A stretch of DNA of 61,086 nucleotides, the filler included. It is 14 parts of 14 records of this genome, joined end to end, with 100 filler letters (N's around TTAATTAATTAA, not from the genome) between each part and the next. Parts side by side here need not be neighbours in the genome. Positions count along the whole stretch, not along the records: positions 10,429 to 14,350 come from SRR15195285_9660; positions 14,451 to 19,307 come from SRR15195285_9664; positions 19,408 to 22,834 come from SRR15195285_9672; 11 more parts are not named here. The stretch is one strand, 5' to 3'. The notes under the pieces were generated by a model that ran no database searches, was not told where the DNA came from, and worked only from the letters and a program-made list of their open reading frames with translations. Each line of letters opens with the position of its first letter. Positions within the stretch are counted from its first letter, which is position 1. The position numbers and the translations under genes were made by a program. Shown piece after piece: positions 10,724 to 22,576 of the stretch.

Positions 10724-13700
10724 ATGGCCAGCGCCGGAGACAAGCGTGCAATGGTCGAGGAGGCGCACAACGCGGCCCTGCAAGCGGCGCAGCAAGTTAT
10801 GGGCGGTCAGGTCGGCCCGGCGGCCCGCGGGTACGATGAGGCGGTGAGGAGGATGGGGGACGTTATGCGGCACGAGACCGACCCGACGCGGCGGCAGACC
10901 ATGGAGGGGCACATTCGAGACTGGGAAGCCCAGGCCGCCGAGCTCCGCGCGCGGCAGCTGGGGCAGCCGCCGGCAGGCCGCGGCGGCCAACCGGCCGCAG
11001 GGGCGGCGCATCGGCGTGGCGAGGACGGCGGCGGCCCCGCGGATCTGTGTGAAAACTGCTACAACAAACCTAAAATTTCCGGGCACGATTTCTGCGGCAA
11101 GTGGTGCGGACAGCAGACGCCGCTGCCATCAAGGAATGTCCAATTGTGGAACCACACTGGTGGGGAGGTGGACGTGGCTGGCAGCACTGGGCTTATTGAC
11201 GGCGCGGTCGGTCGGTTCACGAACAAGAACATCCTCACCAACCAGGGCGAAGTTCTGAAGTTCACATGTCATGGCGAGCTGTTCGGGGAGTGGACAGTCA
11301 CCAAGCACTTGACGCAGCATGTTTTCGCTGAGGTCGATCCGACAACAGGCCGAGCGACAGTGCGCGCCATGGTCTGCGAGGCGGTGCCCGGTGAGCCGGC
11401 GTACACCAGATGCCGCAATGCACCGACCAAGGCTGCCGGCGAGAGCATCAGGAAGGCCGGCCAGCTGCCCACCATCGAGCAGGTTGCACCGTTCGTGGGG
11501 CTGCAGGGGTTTACCCCGCCGGAGAGGCAGCGCGCGATCGACAGGCAGAGAGCGGGCACGCCCGCTGTGCCCGCTGCGCCCGCTGCGCCCGCTGCGCCCG
11601 TCTCCTCAGCCCCGGAGCCGCAGGCCGGAGCAGCGATGGGCCGCTCCGACTCCGGCTGCACCTTCCGAAGCCTGGGTGTACCGGACAACCTCTGCCGAGT
11701 CCTGGAGAGCGAAGCGAAGCCAAAGCCCAAGTACGCCCAGCGGCGCGTGATCGAGCTGCTGTACAAGTACGGGAACGCTGAAGTGTCGCGCACTCCTGTT
11801 CGGCTGCTGATCGACTCAGAGACTGGCATGCAGGCCCACCAGTATCGCGACCACGCCCGCGGCTACGAAGACGCCGCTGCTCTGACTCTAATCTGCCCGT
11901 TTCTCAATGAGCGTGGGGAGGCCGTCAAGTCTCGATGCGGGCCAGCGAGAGCCATCTGCGTCGTGAGCAACGCGGCGAAGAGCAGCGAGGGCTCAATGGA
12001 CTGCGCCCTAGACAAATTCGTACGAGCAGTGGCGAGCGGCGGCAGAAAAGGCGGCGGCCTCACCTACCAGCGACTCAGTTATAGTGACCATGAGGTCCTC
12101 GCCGATGTGGTGTTGGCCGATGCATCCACGATTGTGCGGATGATCCATGATCGCAAGATCAACGCTGCGTCAGTGAGGACTCTCGTGATGCGCGATGCGG
12201 ACGTCGACTGCGCAACTTACAACACTCACGCGAAGAAGCTCTTCGGGCAGCTGAAGAGAGCCGGAGCGAAGCCTGGAGTACTTTTCTGCGCGCGAAAGCC
12301 TCGCGACCAGCGGCACTACAACGAGATCAAGAGGTTCGCCACCACGCACGCTGCCCCGTGCGACGAGTGGTCTGCCCAGCAGCAGGCGCGGGCGGAGGCA
12401 TTTTCGCGTTCCGCACCGCAGGCAGACTTGGGTGAACTCAAGCGCGAGAAGGTCGCCCGACTTCGGGGATTGCTCGACGGCTCCTCTGCTCGTGCGCGTG
12501 ACACTGCTCAGAATCGTGAAGGCCAGATCGCAGAGCTGTTCGATGAACTCCAGCAGATCCATGACGAGATGGAGCGGCTGGGCCAGTCGCGAGGGGAGGT
12601 TGCCGCCCTGAGGGAGGAGCTGGACATGTTAGGCGACCAGTTTGCCGCAGACTTGCTGGACGATTTCGACGATTTTGATGATGGTGCTGATGGCAGTAGG
12701 ATGCATACAGGTGGAGGGGGCGGCGCTGCAGGTGCACCTCCACCGAGTACGCCCCCCGCGTTTAATCCCGCGGCTCGTCCTCCTCTGTCGGTTGCAGAGC
12801 TATACGCGCAGGCACCAGCCGCGACTTGGGAGAGCCTCGGTGGTTTCTGCCACGCTGGGAGACTCGCTGGGGCCGCGCCAATTCACCGCGAGGAGTGCTC
12901 CCTGGTCAAAGCTAAGGCGATCTGCGGATTCGGCACTCCATGTGTAGGTACAGCCTGTACCCACCAGCGCTGCGCCGGTCACTCGACCTCAGGAGAGCCG
13001 ATCCAGGGCGTGGTCGCCTTCACATTCGAGGATCAAAAACATACTGGCAAGGGGACAGTGGCTGGCCCGAAACCACTTGGGAAGGTCGCGTGCATCTTCT
13101 ATGGGGCAGGGGTCCAGGCACACTCGGTTGAACCGAACTGGTACTCGTACATCTGCCCTGGCCAGGATGTCCCGGGCGCCGTCGACCCGGGCGCCGTCGA
13201 CCCGAGCAAAGCTGCAAGCACTGTCGCAAGCACTGCCGCAAGCACCGGGGATGCTCACGCTCGTGACCGAAGGATCACTGCAGACAATGACAGGCGTGCA
13301 GGCGGCAGTGCTCCACCCGCCATGTGCAGCCACTGTAAAGTCAAACCGGTCTTCGTGGAGGGTTCCGGGCGCAACCAAAAAGTGCACAAATTTTGTGGCA
13401 AGTCCTGCGCTGATGCTGCAAAGCAACCAAGTGCAGCCGGCGCCCCAGTCGGACAACGTACGACGGTACCGTTTGATCAGCGTGGTTATCATGCACGTTT
13501 GCCTCGTGTGATCAAGTTTTACGAGAAGCTCGCTGATTTCTATGAGTTCACTAACTTTTGGGAGTGCGACCACCTTGTCATCGACGGCATGAAGTGGCCG
13601 ACCTCGGAACATTACTTCCAAGCCCAGAAGTTTGCTGCGTGGCCGACCTTGGTCGAGCAGTGCCGCACGCAACCTACTCCTCGTGAGTGCTTCGACATGG

Positions 13701-14350
13701 TGCGCAATCCCGTCTACAAACCTTACGTACGGGACGACTGGCACCGCGGCAACCCGTCAGTGAAGGATCAGGTGATGTACAACGCTGTGATGCACAAATT
13801 CACACAGGATCGGACGCTTAAACATCTGCTGCTTTCGACAGCGGCTGGTGGGGAGCGCCGGATGATAATTGAGCATACGACCAACGACGACTACTGGGGT
13901 GACGGTGGGGCACCTCGCTGGCAAGTGGGTGATTCGGGCAATAAGCTAGGGCAGTTGCTGGTCCGGATTCGAGATGAGATCCAGTATAATACTCTGCAAG
14001 GCGGCGGGGCTGGGTATATGCTGCCGCTAGCGCACCGCGCCGCCGGCCTTGCGATGCCACCGCCCCAGAGCGTTGCCGCTGCTGCCCCTGCCGGTGGCGG
14101 TGGGCGCATGTGTGCCATGTGCCGTGCCAAGCCTGCTCGCGACGGCCACGACTACTGCGGTCGCACGTGCGGAACCGCTGCATCGCAGGCTGGGCTCACA
14201 ACGCAGCACAGCCGAGCTGGTGGCCGCGGTGGTCGTGGCGGTGTTGCCTCTGCAGCCCCATCAGGTAGCTATGGGCACGGTAACTACAGTGCTGCCGCCT
14301 CACCGGCTGGCTATGGGCAGCACCAGCACCAGCACCAGCACCAGCCGCAC
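10724..14350 (+). CDS. Multidomain protein: MIT + 3x CxxC..FCGxxC zinc fingers + degenerate DEAD-box-like domain + NADAR (YbiA-like); 3' truncated
   Basis: MIT-like three-helix N-terminus. NADAR motifs FYEFTNFW, WPTSEHYFQAQKF, KDQVMYNAVMHKFTQ, IIEHTTNDDYWGDGG and GNKLGQLLVRIRDEI. ORF is open to the contig end. Confidence 0.85.
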
Positions 14351-14600
14351 NNNNNNNNNNNNNNNNNNNNNNNNNNNNNNNNNNNNNNNNNNNNTTAATT
14401 AATTAANNNNNNNNNNNNNNNNNNNNNNNNNNNNNNNNNNNNNNNNNNNNCCATGGCTACCGTGTAAGATTTCCGTCCCAGAGCAGAGGGGGGAGAGAGA
14501 GAGGGATTCGTCGGTGTTTGGAGGGAGGGGAGGGGCTGAGGGGCTGAGGGGTGAGGGCGGGGTGATTGAGAGGTGAACGGGGTAGGCTGAGATTTGGCAA

Positions 14601-14730
14601 GGAGCTCTATAGGAGCGATAGGAGCTCTACAGGAGCGATAGGAGCTCTACAGGAGCCATAGGAGCTCTATCGGAGCTCTACAGGAGCGATAGGAACGATA
14701 GGAGGAGGCATAGGGGCTATAGGAGCTCTC
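14601..14730. repeat. Minisatellite with ~20-bp unit GGAGCTCTACAGGAGCGATA
   Basis: About 3-5 near-perfect copies decaying toward 14730, upstream of the kinase gene. Confidence 0.85.
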
Positions 14731-14944
14731 GTCCTCCTAACGTTCACGGATAGACCCTGTAATGACTCTGTGACGTTCAGACTCTGAACAGGGTGTGTGG
14801 TGATGTGCTCATGAAGCGGCGCTGAGGGCAGGAGCGCAGTTAGTCCGTGAGTGGACGGGTCAGAGCTCTGTGGATAGCGTGTCATCACTGCACAACTTCC
14901 CTTGTCAGTCGCCGCTTGCCTTTGGGAGGGTCTCTCTCTGGGCG

Positions 14945-17900
14945 ATGGCGGATAGCGAGCGGCTGGTGGCGGGGGAGGCGTCGGGTGCGGTCTTGGTGGA
15001 GGGTCCGCTGCGGAAGAGCACCGCGAAGGGGCATACGTTCCAGAAGCGCTGGGTGTGGCTGCTGGAGGGCGGGGCGCTGCAGTACACCAAGGACGTGCGC
15101 AGGCACAACAGTCCGACCGCCAAGCGGACGACGATCAACCTCACCGACGCGCAGCTGGTGATCGTCAGCGACTCCGGCGGCAAGTTCGTATTTCGCCTGC
15201 GCTGGGACGCGACGCGCGAATACTCCTTCGCGGCGGACGATGCGGAGGACTTGCGCAGGTGGCACACGGCAGTGGTGGCCGCAATCCCAACGACGGTCAC
15301 ACTGAACTTTGTGCAGAACGAACGATTCGACGAGGCGACGGGGCGCTGGAGTGCCGACGCATTGCTGCCGTCCGATCCGCCAGCGTGCTGCGACGACCAC
15401 GGCGCAGCGAAGTCTCTGCAGGCGGAGCCCTGTCCGGACGAACACTGGCAATGGAACGGGCAGTGGGAGGTCGACACAGTGGAGTGGGAAGGCGTGGCCG
15501 TAGACGAGGATGGGTGGCAGTACGCGCTCGATTGGCCGAGCACAGATATTTTAGCGAAGATAGGCAGAGGACGCCCTGTGCCCGAGTGGAGGGCCCAGAC
15601 CTACCGCTTCGCATACGTACGCAGGCGCCGCCACACGCGCACGCGCACACGCGACGAGCCGCACCAGGCCGTTCGTCTCGAGGACTCGATGTGTATAGTG
15701 AACGACTCAGGCGATGCGGTTGGTGCTGAGCTGGTGGGCCGTGAATCTCTCGACGACGACGAGGTCGCGAAAGATCGTCTCTTGCTGATGAAGCTGGCGG
15801 AGGGCGATATTGTACGGGAGGGTTGGCTGTGGAAGCGGGGCCAGTACAACACAAACCACAAGCGGCGATGGTTCATACTGAAGTCCACGGGAATGCTGTT
15901 CTACAAGAAAGAGCCAGACCTTGAACCGGTAGGCTGCATCGACTTGAGTGACTGCTTTGTTTTCATCGCAGAGGATGCGAAGTCGAGGGAAGATTACGGT
16001 ATCGGAGTGCTCGGCAGCGCGTTGGGAGCTGCGCTTGGCAAAGCAGCCAAGAAGGCGGAAGACACGCTTCAAAAGTACAAGTCCTTCGCCTTCAAACTTG
16101 TGCCGCGTGGTCACAACGAACGGGAGTTTGCGCTCTGCGCGGAAGCACAGGAGCAGATGGATGCGTGGGCGGAGTCCATAAATTTCACCATTCCAGCGGT
16201 CGTTACTGTTGAGATCTGGCAGAACGAGCGCTGGGATCGCGCGACGCAGCGCTGGGGCGCGGCGCGGCTGATCGAGGCCGAGCGACCGGAATGGAGTAAC
16301 GAAGGTGGGGCTCCCAAGGCGATCGATGACGAGGGGCTGCCCGACTTGGAGACGTGGAATTGGCTAGGACCGTGGAAAGTGGACATAAGTCATAGGTGCG
16401 ATCGAACAGAAGGATGGCAATATGCAATCAACTGGCCGAACCCGTTGCTTCCTGGCGTGGAGTGGGACGCTGTGTGCAGTGTGACGTCACTTGTGCGCCG
16501 AAGACGGTGGGCGAGAAGCCGACAACGCTTGACGCCGGAGCAGATCAAAAGGACGTTCACAGCAGTCATGCATCACTCTGCCACTCCAAGCGGGTTGCGG
16601 CTTTCGGCGTCCCCGAGTGCAGGTTCATTGGACTCAAGCCGTACTCAGACGAATCCGCTCACATCTGTTCCACCGAACGGGCAGGGCCGCGGCTCGGTAA
16701 GCACGGCCAATATGTATGTGATCCAGGCGACCATGGACGGGACGATAATGATCAAAGCTGCGGACGCAGCTGCTGCGAGAGCAGTTCTAGAAGCGGAGGC
16801 TGAACCCTCCTCGCCAGCCGCTGGTGACGGCACAGTCGCGCTGACGGAAGGGTTGCTCGCTCAGGAAGCATCCCCACCGCCACCAGCAGCATTGGAAGGT
16901 TTGAAATCATCCTATGAGATCTCGCGGTTTGAAGAGATCACTGTAGGGAAGTACATAGCGCAGGGTACCACTGGCTCAGTTCACCGCGCACACTGGCAAG
17001 GCATGGACTGCGCCGTCAAAATATTTGACTACAAACAGGGGCAGAAGCACATCGTCGACGCTTTTCGTACAGAGGCGATCTTGTTGCGGAATCTGAATCA
17101 CCACAACTTGGTGCGAATGTACGCCATGTGCTCAACTCAACCTAATCTGTGCATTCTGACGGAGCTGATGACGAGCAGCCTCGACAACTTGCTGTACGGG
17201 AAAGGTCGAAAGAATGAAATTACAGAGAGGCGGCAGGTTCGGATTGCCCAGGGTATCGCGAATGGGATGGCATTCTTACACCGCAACTCCGTCTGCCATC
17301 GGGACCTCAAGAGCCCCAACGTGCTGTACGATCGTGATCTCAACATCAAGCTTTGTGACTTCGCCTTCTCGAAGTTCAAGGACGGCATGTCTGTGGCGGA
17401 TATGAAGAGCCGTGTCGGTACACCGGCGTGTATGGCACCCGAAGTGCTCTGTGGTAAGTCAGCAAAATTGCCAGTTGCTGCGGCCCATTTGTGACGCAAT
17501 CCTATGATTCGAGGCTTGCTTTTCATAGCACAATCTCTTCTAGCTGCAGCGAGCCTAACATGCATCTCGCCTGGACACACGTCAACAGGCGAACCTTACT
17601 CGCTCAAGGCCGACGTCTACTCGTTCGGCGTGATCCTGTGGGAGATTCTTCATCGCGCTCGTCCATTCAACGACCTCAATGCCTGGGCAATTGCCTACCA
17701 GGTTGGGATGCAAGGTCGGCGGCTGCCGATTCCTTATGTGGACCCAGGAATGGGTCAGGTGCCTCCGATTGTATCCTATATGATTACGGAGTGCTGGAAG
17801 CCACAGGCCGAGCGGCCAATGTTTGAGACTTTGCTCCAGGTCCTGCAGCCCATGCAAGCTGCAGTGGAGGGCGAGGCGGCACCAGGCCTCGCTTCGGTGC

Positions 17901-18406
17901 CGGTACCGTCTACAAGCGGCACTGAAGAGCCAGGTCCTGAGCCAGAGCCGGAGCCGGAATCAGAGCCGGAGGTCGAAGAGGGTGTGCCGACACAGCTGCG
18001 TGCCCCGCCAGACCTCGACGGCAACGGATATGCTTCGCCTCGGCCCGGCGTGCACTTGCGTGCGCCGCCGCCGCTTGAGCTGGTGCCTTCACCTGCACCG
18101 GTGCCGCAGCACCCAATTCACTACGCGGTAGATGAGGTGCACTACATTGCTGAGACAGTGGACGAGTTCATCGAATTGCTGACGGAGGCTGCGATAGATG
18201 AGGAGACACTAGTCTGGCAGGAGGGGATGGCAGACTGGGAGGCTCTTGGCCAGTGCCTAGAAGTGCGGAAGGTGCTGGGGCTGCTGGCTGACCACAGCGT
18301 GGAGGCGGGTTCGGCAGATTCAGGGCAGCAGAAACCGACAACTGTAGCCGTAGAGACGGTGGCCGCGTCGACTTTGGTCGCTGGAGGCGAGAGCTACGAC
18401 TTCTGA
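14945..18406 (+). CDS. TKL-type Ser/Thr kinase with PH-DysF-PH-DysF N-terminus and C-terminal GYF_2-like domain; 2 exons
   Basis: PH: EGPLRK..FQKRWVWL and EGWLWKRGQ..KRRWFIL. DysF: QNERF..W..W.W...W.VD..DEDGWQYALDW..VRRRRHTR, twice. Kinase: CAVK, HRDLKSPN, DFA, GTPACMAPE, KADVYSFGVILWE. Intron 17454-17588. GYF_2-like IDEETLVWQEGMADWEAL. Confidence 0.88.
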
Positions 18407-18538
18407 GACAGCTACGGCTGAGGGGTCATGGGCTTGGCCAGGCAGTGCTAAGAGACAAGTACACTTTGTTTTGCAATACACCATCACCTTCACTGCGATT
18501 GTCTGTGCAGTAGCGACCACTCGTAATGCATCTGATGC

Positions 18539-19300
18539 TCATCGTGTTGATGATCGTGTTGATCCGCTGGCAACATAGTTCCTCTGAGAGCCAATCGCGG
18601 CAAAGGCTCCTCCGGAATCGCTGACGGGTATCGCCGACCACTCCTTCCACCTAAGGAACGCGTCCTGTATCCACAGCTGCACCGCGTTCATGCACAGCGG
18701 GCAGCCGATCATGACCAAGACTAGAAATAGCTCTTTATCGTCCCTAAACGGCCACGCAATCTGCTGCGAGATCCAGCTGAGCGGGGTTTGCGTAGCCAGC
18801 ATTATCACTAGCACGAACAACCGTGCCACGATCGTGATTATGCACCACACCAGCATCTGCACCGCCCACACGCGCTTATTTGGCGGGTCTCCGTACCGCC
18901 CAGTCTCTTGGAGATTCTTCACGTCGTACTTGTGCGCAAGCTTCTCCACGGCTTGGATGCCGCAATACGCGAACATCACACCGAACGAGGTGTCCAGGGT
19001 GAAGGCGATGAAGTACCACGAGCACTGGTTGCCCGATGGGGAGCTCCGCGCCTTAGTTGTGATATCGTCGACGATGCCGGAGTTGAGCATCCCGAGCCCG
19101 TGCGCGCACGCGCCGCTGAACGCCTGCTTGAAGACGTCGAGGATCCACACGTCAAACTTGCGCTTCGGCTTCTCGAGCTTCCGTTTGATGAGCAGCGACG
19201 CGAACCCAAGCGCCGCAAGCGCCACCTGCACCAGCCACGACCAGCCCCCCTGGCCCAACAGCGTGCATTCCTCCTCCCCTGCCGTCGAGTTCCCGCTCAT
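18539..19300 (-). CDS. STIMATE/TMEM110 (vacuolar membrane protein YPL162C) family
   Basis: KRKLEKPKRKFDVWILDVFKQ, CSWYFIAFTLDTSFG, GRYGDPP, LVMIGCPLCMNAVQLWIQDAFL; multiple TM helices. Confidence 0.85.
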   Translation of the reverse strand: MSGNSTAGEEECTLLGQGGWSWLVQVALAALGFASLLIKRKLEKPKRKFDVWILDVFKQAFSGACAHGLGMLNSGIVDDITTKARSSPSGNQCSWYFIAFTLDTSFGVMFAYCGIQAVEKLAHKYDVKNLQETGRYGDPPNKRVWAVQMLVWCIITIVARLFVLVIMLATQTPLSWISQQIAWPFRDDKELFLVLVMIGCPLCMNAVQLWIQDAFLRWKEWSAIPVSDSGGAFAAIGSQRNYVASGSTRSSTR

Positions 19301-19689
19301 GCCCCCCNNNNNNNNNNNNNNNNNNNNNNNNNNNNNNNNNNNNNNNNNNNNTTAATTAATTAANNNNNNNNNNNNNNNNNNNNNNNNNNNNNNNNNNNNN
19401 NNNNNNNGGAATCAGCCATTCACGCATCAACTGGGTACCACGGTATAGTCTGGGTACAGTCGGGGTATTGCGTATTTCGAGTATTCGAATACTATCATGC
19501 AGATCGTACACTGCATGATGCACACACCCGGCGGCCAACACGCAACAGAACCGCCCGCGAGTACCTCACGTACACACGGTACACGCGTGTACTGCAGTGT
19601 ACAGTATACATGCATATATAATGGGTACCCATTCGTGCGTCGCGCGGCCGGTTATATAGCCGGCGTTTGGTCGACCCCAACGCGCCCCG

Positions 19690-21522
19690 ATGTTAGCGAA
19701 CAGGGCGCTGGCGCCCTGGCGGCAGGTGACCACCGCAAGAAAGCTCATCGGTACACTTCCACGGCAAGGACGACCGTCCCCGCCGCTGCTATGGAAAGCG
19801 CTGTTCTCGCGGCCACTGCTCCTCGTCGGCGGATTCACTGGCACGGCGTTGGGATATGGTCGGGCAATGGGCTGCGACCCAGCGCATGACCGTTGGACCG
19901 AGCACACAGATCCCGCGACAGGAAAGACGTACTACCACAACCCGCAGACTGGCGCGACGTCGTGGGTCAAGCCAGCGCCGCCGCCCCCAGCACCACCGCC
20001 GCCCCCAACACCGCCACCACCACCACCACAGGCTCCTGTACCCTCACCTCTTCTGCTCGACGAAAGCGAGGTGTCCCATGCACTGGAAGTTGCAGTCACC
20101 GAAATGCGCGCAGTACTCGGCGGGCAGAAACTGTCCGAGCTTAAGCGGCGTGCGCGGGCGGCTGGGGTTCCGCAAGGGCAGCTCGATGACGCCGAAGACA
20201 GCGAGACTCCCAAAGAATCCATCGTGGAGCTGATCGTGACGGCGACGAGACCGAAGATGGAGGCCGATGCTACGGCCCGCGTCAGCGCCATCGTGCGAGC
20301 GAAGGCAGCCGCAGCGAAGCAGGCGGAGGAGGCCAAGATGGTGGCTGACATCGTGGCCACTAAGCTTGTAGCCCTGCGGGAGGAACTTTCGACGCTCAAG
20401 GTCTCGCAGCTCAAGAAGAAAGCGACGACATGTGGCGTGACTGAAGAACAGCTGGACAACGCAGAGGATGGGGAGTCGCCAAGGCAAGACATCGAAGCTC
20501 TAATCTTGAACCGCACGGAAGCGATCACGGTTGCATCTGTCAAGGCAGAGCTACTGGCCAAAGCCAAGGCCGAACAAGAGGCCGCACAAGCTGTGCTAAT
20601 GCAGGCTGCAGAAAAGGCCAAGCGTGCCGCTGTGCGTCAGGCCGCTGAAGCCAGAGCCGCGAAGGAAGCAGAAGCGAAAGCGCATCTTGAAGCACCGCTG
20701 CGGAGTGAGTTGTCTAAGATGAAGGTGTCGCAGCTCAAGCGACGCGCACTCGACGGTGGGTGTAGTTTCGAAGAGCTGGAGGACGCTGAGGACGCAGATT
20801 ATCCGAAGCGGGCGCTCACGGAACTCATCGTCGCACAAATGCACAGCCAGTCGCACACTCAGGCGCAGTCGGTGCCAGCTCTGCTTCACTCGCCGATGGT
20901 GCAAAAGCCGGCAATAGTTCCTCAAGCGGCAGTAGTTGGGCTGGGGGACCGTTCATCTACGAGTGACGAAAATGCTAAGATTCTGGGATCAACTACTGTC
21001 GATCTAACTTCACCGCCCGCATACAAGATCAAGACGGTTGATATGGCAAATTACTTGATTTACATGGAACATAAAGAACAGGACAAATCGCCTCGTTACG
21101 GCTGCAGCGCCACGACACATCAAGGACGTTGGATTGAACAGCGTACGGAGAGTGCCCTGGCCAGGTATATGAGGAGCAAGAGTCTACCATTGGGTCCGCT
21201 AAGGCTGCAGCGACAGAATGTCAAGTATTGGGTGATGGGAGACGTTATGGTGGAGGTGGACGAACGATTTCCAAACAGACTACCTGCGGCGACATCCTGG
21301 CACGCCCTGGATCGAGGAAACTGCTTTTCATGCTGCTGCTCATGCTGTGGTCCCAAGTGGAATGTTACACAATTGATCTGTCAACAGCTGAACTCGCCAG
21401 AGGAGATCGATGAAGCCCAAGCAGGCATCGTAGCAACAGATCGAGACAATATTATGTGGGAAAACAAGACGAAGGCCATTGGGCTTTTCTTTTCTATCAT
21501 ACAATGCCTCATGAAGAGCTAG
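19690..21522 (+). CDS. WW-domain protein with Pro-rich linker and three helical (SAP/LEM-like) repeats
   Basis: WW motif WTEHTDPATGKTYYHNPQTGATSWVKP. Repeats LSELKRRARAAGV, VSQLKKKATTCGV and VSQLKRRALDGGC. Arg-rich, acid-free N-terminus followed by a hydrophobic stretch. Confidence 0.75.
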   Translation: MLANRALAPWRQVTTARKLIGTLPRQGRPSPPLLWKALFSRPLLLVGGFTGTALGYGRAMGCDPAHDRWTEHTDPATGKTYYHNPQTGATSWVKPAPPPPAPPPPPTPPPPPPQAPVPSPLLLDESEVSHALEVAVTEMRAVLGGQKLSELKRRARAAGVPQGQLDDAEDSETPKESIVELIVTATRPKMEADATARVSAIVRAKAAAAKQAEEAKMVADIVATKLVALREELSTLKVSQLKKKATTCGVTEEQLDNAEDGESPRQDIEALILNRTEAITVASVKAELLAKAKAEQEAAQAVLMQAAEKAKRAAVRQAAEARAAKEAEAKAHLEAPLRSELSKMKVSQLKRRALDGGCSFEELEDAEDADYPKRALTELIVAQMHSQSHTQAQSVPALLHSPMVQKPAIVPQAAVVGLGDRSSTSDENAKILGSTTVDLTSPPAYKIKTVDMANYLIYMEHKEQDKSPRYGCSATTHQGRWIEQRTESALARYMRSKSLPLGPLRLQRQNVKYWVMGDVMVEVDERFPNRLPAATSWHALDRGNCFSCCCSCCGPKWNVTQLICQQLNSPEEIDEAQAGIVATDRDNIMWENKTKAIGLFFSIIQCLMKS

Positions 21523-21719
21523 CGCATGGGTTGCAAGTACAGGACAACTGCGAGGGTGTATAATGATACAGTTGCTTGCTTTGACCTGGAACTCAATCAA
21601 ATGGGATTCAGTAGATCTAGACTTCACGCAGTCTTTTCTAGGACTTGGCGCACCAGAACATTTGTTTTTGCACCCTCACTGATACACATGTACATGCAGC
21701 CCCGCCCACATCCGTGCGG

Positions 21720-22576
21720 CTATGCATCCAGAGCCGATGTGTAGGTGTGTTGACGCCATCGAGAAAGCCCAAACCGTAACGCGTTGAACAATGTCGTCAG
21801 AGTCAGCACGCATGTGATCATCTGCACAGGAACCACAATCAAGTGCGTTTCAACGTGCTTAGACCGGGTCACAGCGTCGCGCAAATGCAAAACGAGACAG
21901 ACCGTACCACGCAAACAGCCACGGCATCTTCTATGTCGTGTTGATGCGGGTCGTGCCGAGGCCTTGACGTTCCACCACCTGCAGTGCCTTCCTGTCCACA
22001 AGAGGAATGTTAGCCACCGCGAGCAAAAGATTGAGAGCAGACGAAACGGAAGAAATGCCTGCGCGCAGGGAAACAGCTGTCTACCGAGGTTGTACGCACC
22101 CCAGAACCCCATCTGTCGTAGTTGCACCGTTTCGTTGCATCCGAGAGACACGCATGGGCCTCACCCACCCGCTTGAAGGCTTCTTCGGCGCCCGCCAGGG
22201 CGCATTTATCCGGGTGAAGCTGCAGGGCTAACTTACTGCGATTGCACAGCACAATGGCCACAGTGGTTGCTTTGGTTTAGAGCCTAAGCTGCGCTATGTT
22301 ACCACTCCACGCTTGCCCCAGATGAATGTATACAGTGTGCAATCAGAGACGCGGAGCATTCGCTCGAGATGCGGACCGATACGACTTCTTCACTTGAGCT
22401 GAAGTGGCATGCCGCGGGATATCCAGCACAGTGTAGTGGTCGGAACAACCATAGACCCGCCGGATCTGTGCTTCGGCGCCGCCTCCATCGCCCCCGTGCT
22501 CTTCAGTGTTGCAGCCGAGCCCGCTGGCGGCGGCGGCGGCCTGTTGGCCAGTCGGCAAGCCCTGGTGGATGCCCAT
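21720..22576 (-). CDS. DnaJ (J-domain) protein with C-terminal TM helix, DNAJB12/DNAJC18-like; spliced
   Basis: DHYTVLDIPRHATSAQVKKSYR|KLALQLHPDKC..AEEAFKRVGEAHACLSDATKRCNYD. Intron 22376..22236 restores the frame. Two further probable introns lead to AVAVCV|MITCVLTLTTLFNAL. Confidence 0.8.

Noticed and set aside
14601-14730. Possible CRISPR-like array
   Set aside because: Head-to-tail tandem units with no unique spacers, no cas genes and a eukaryotic context; it is a minisatellite.
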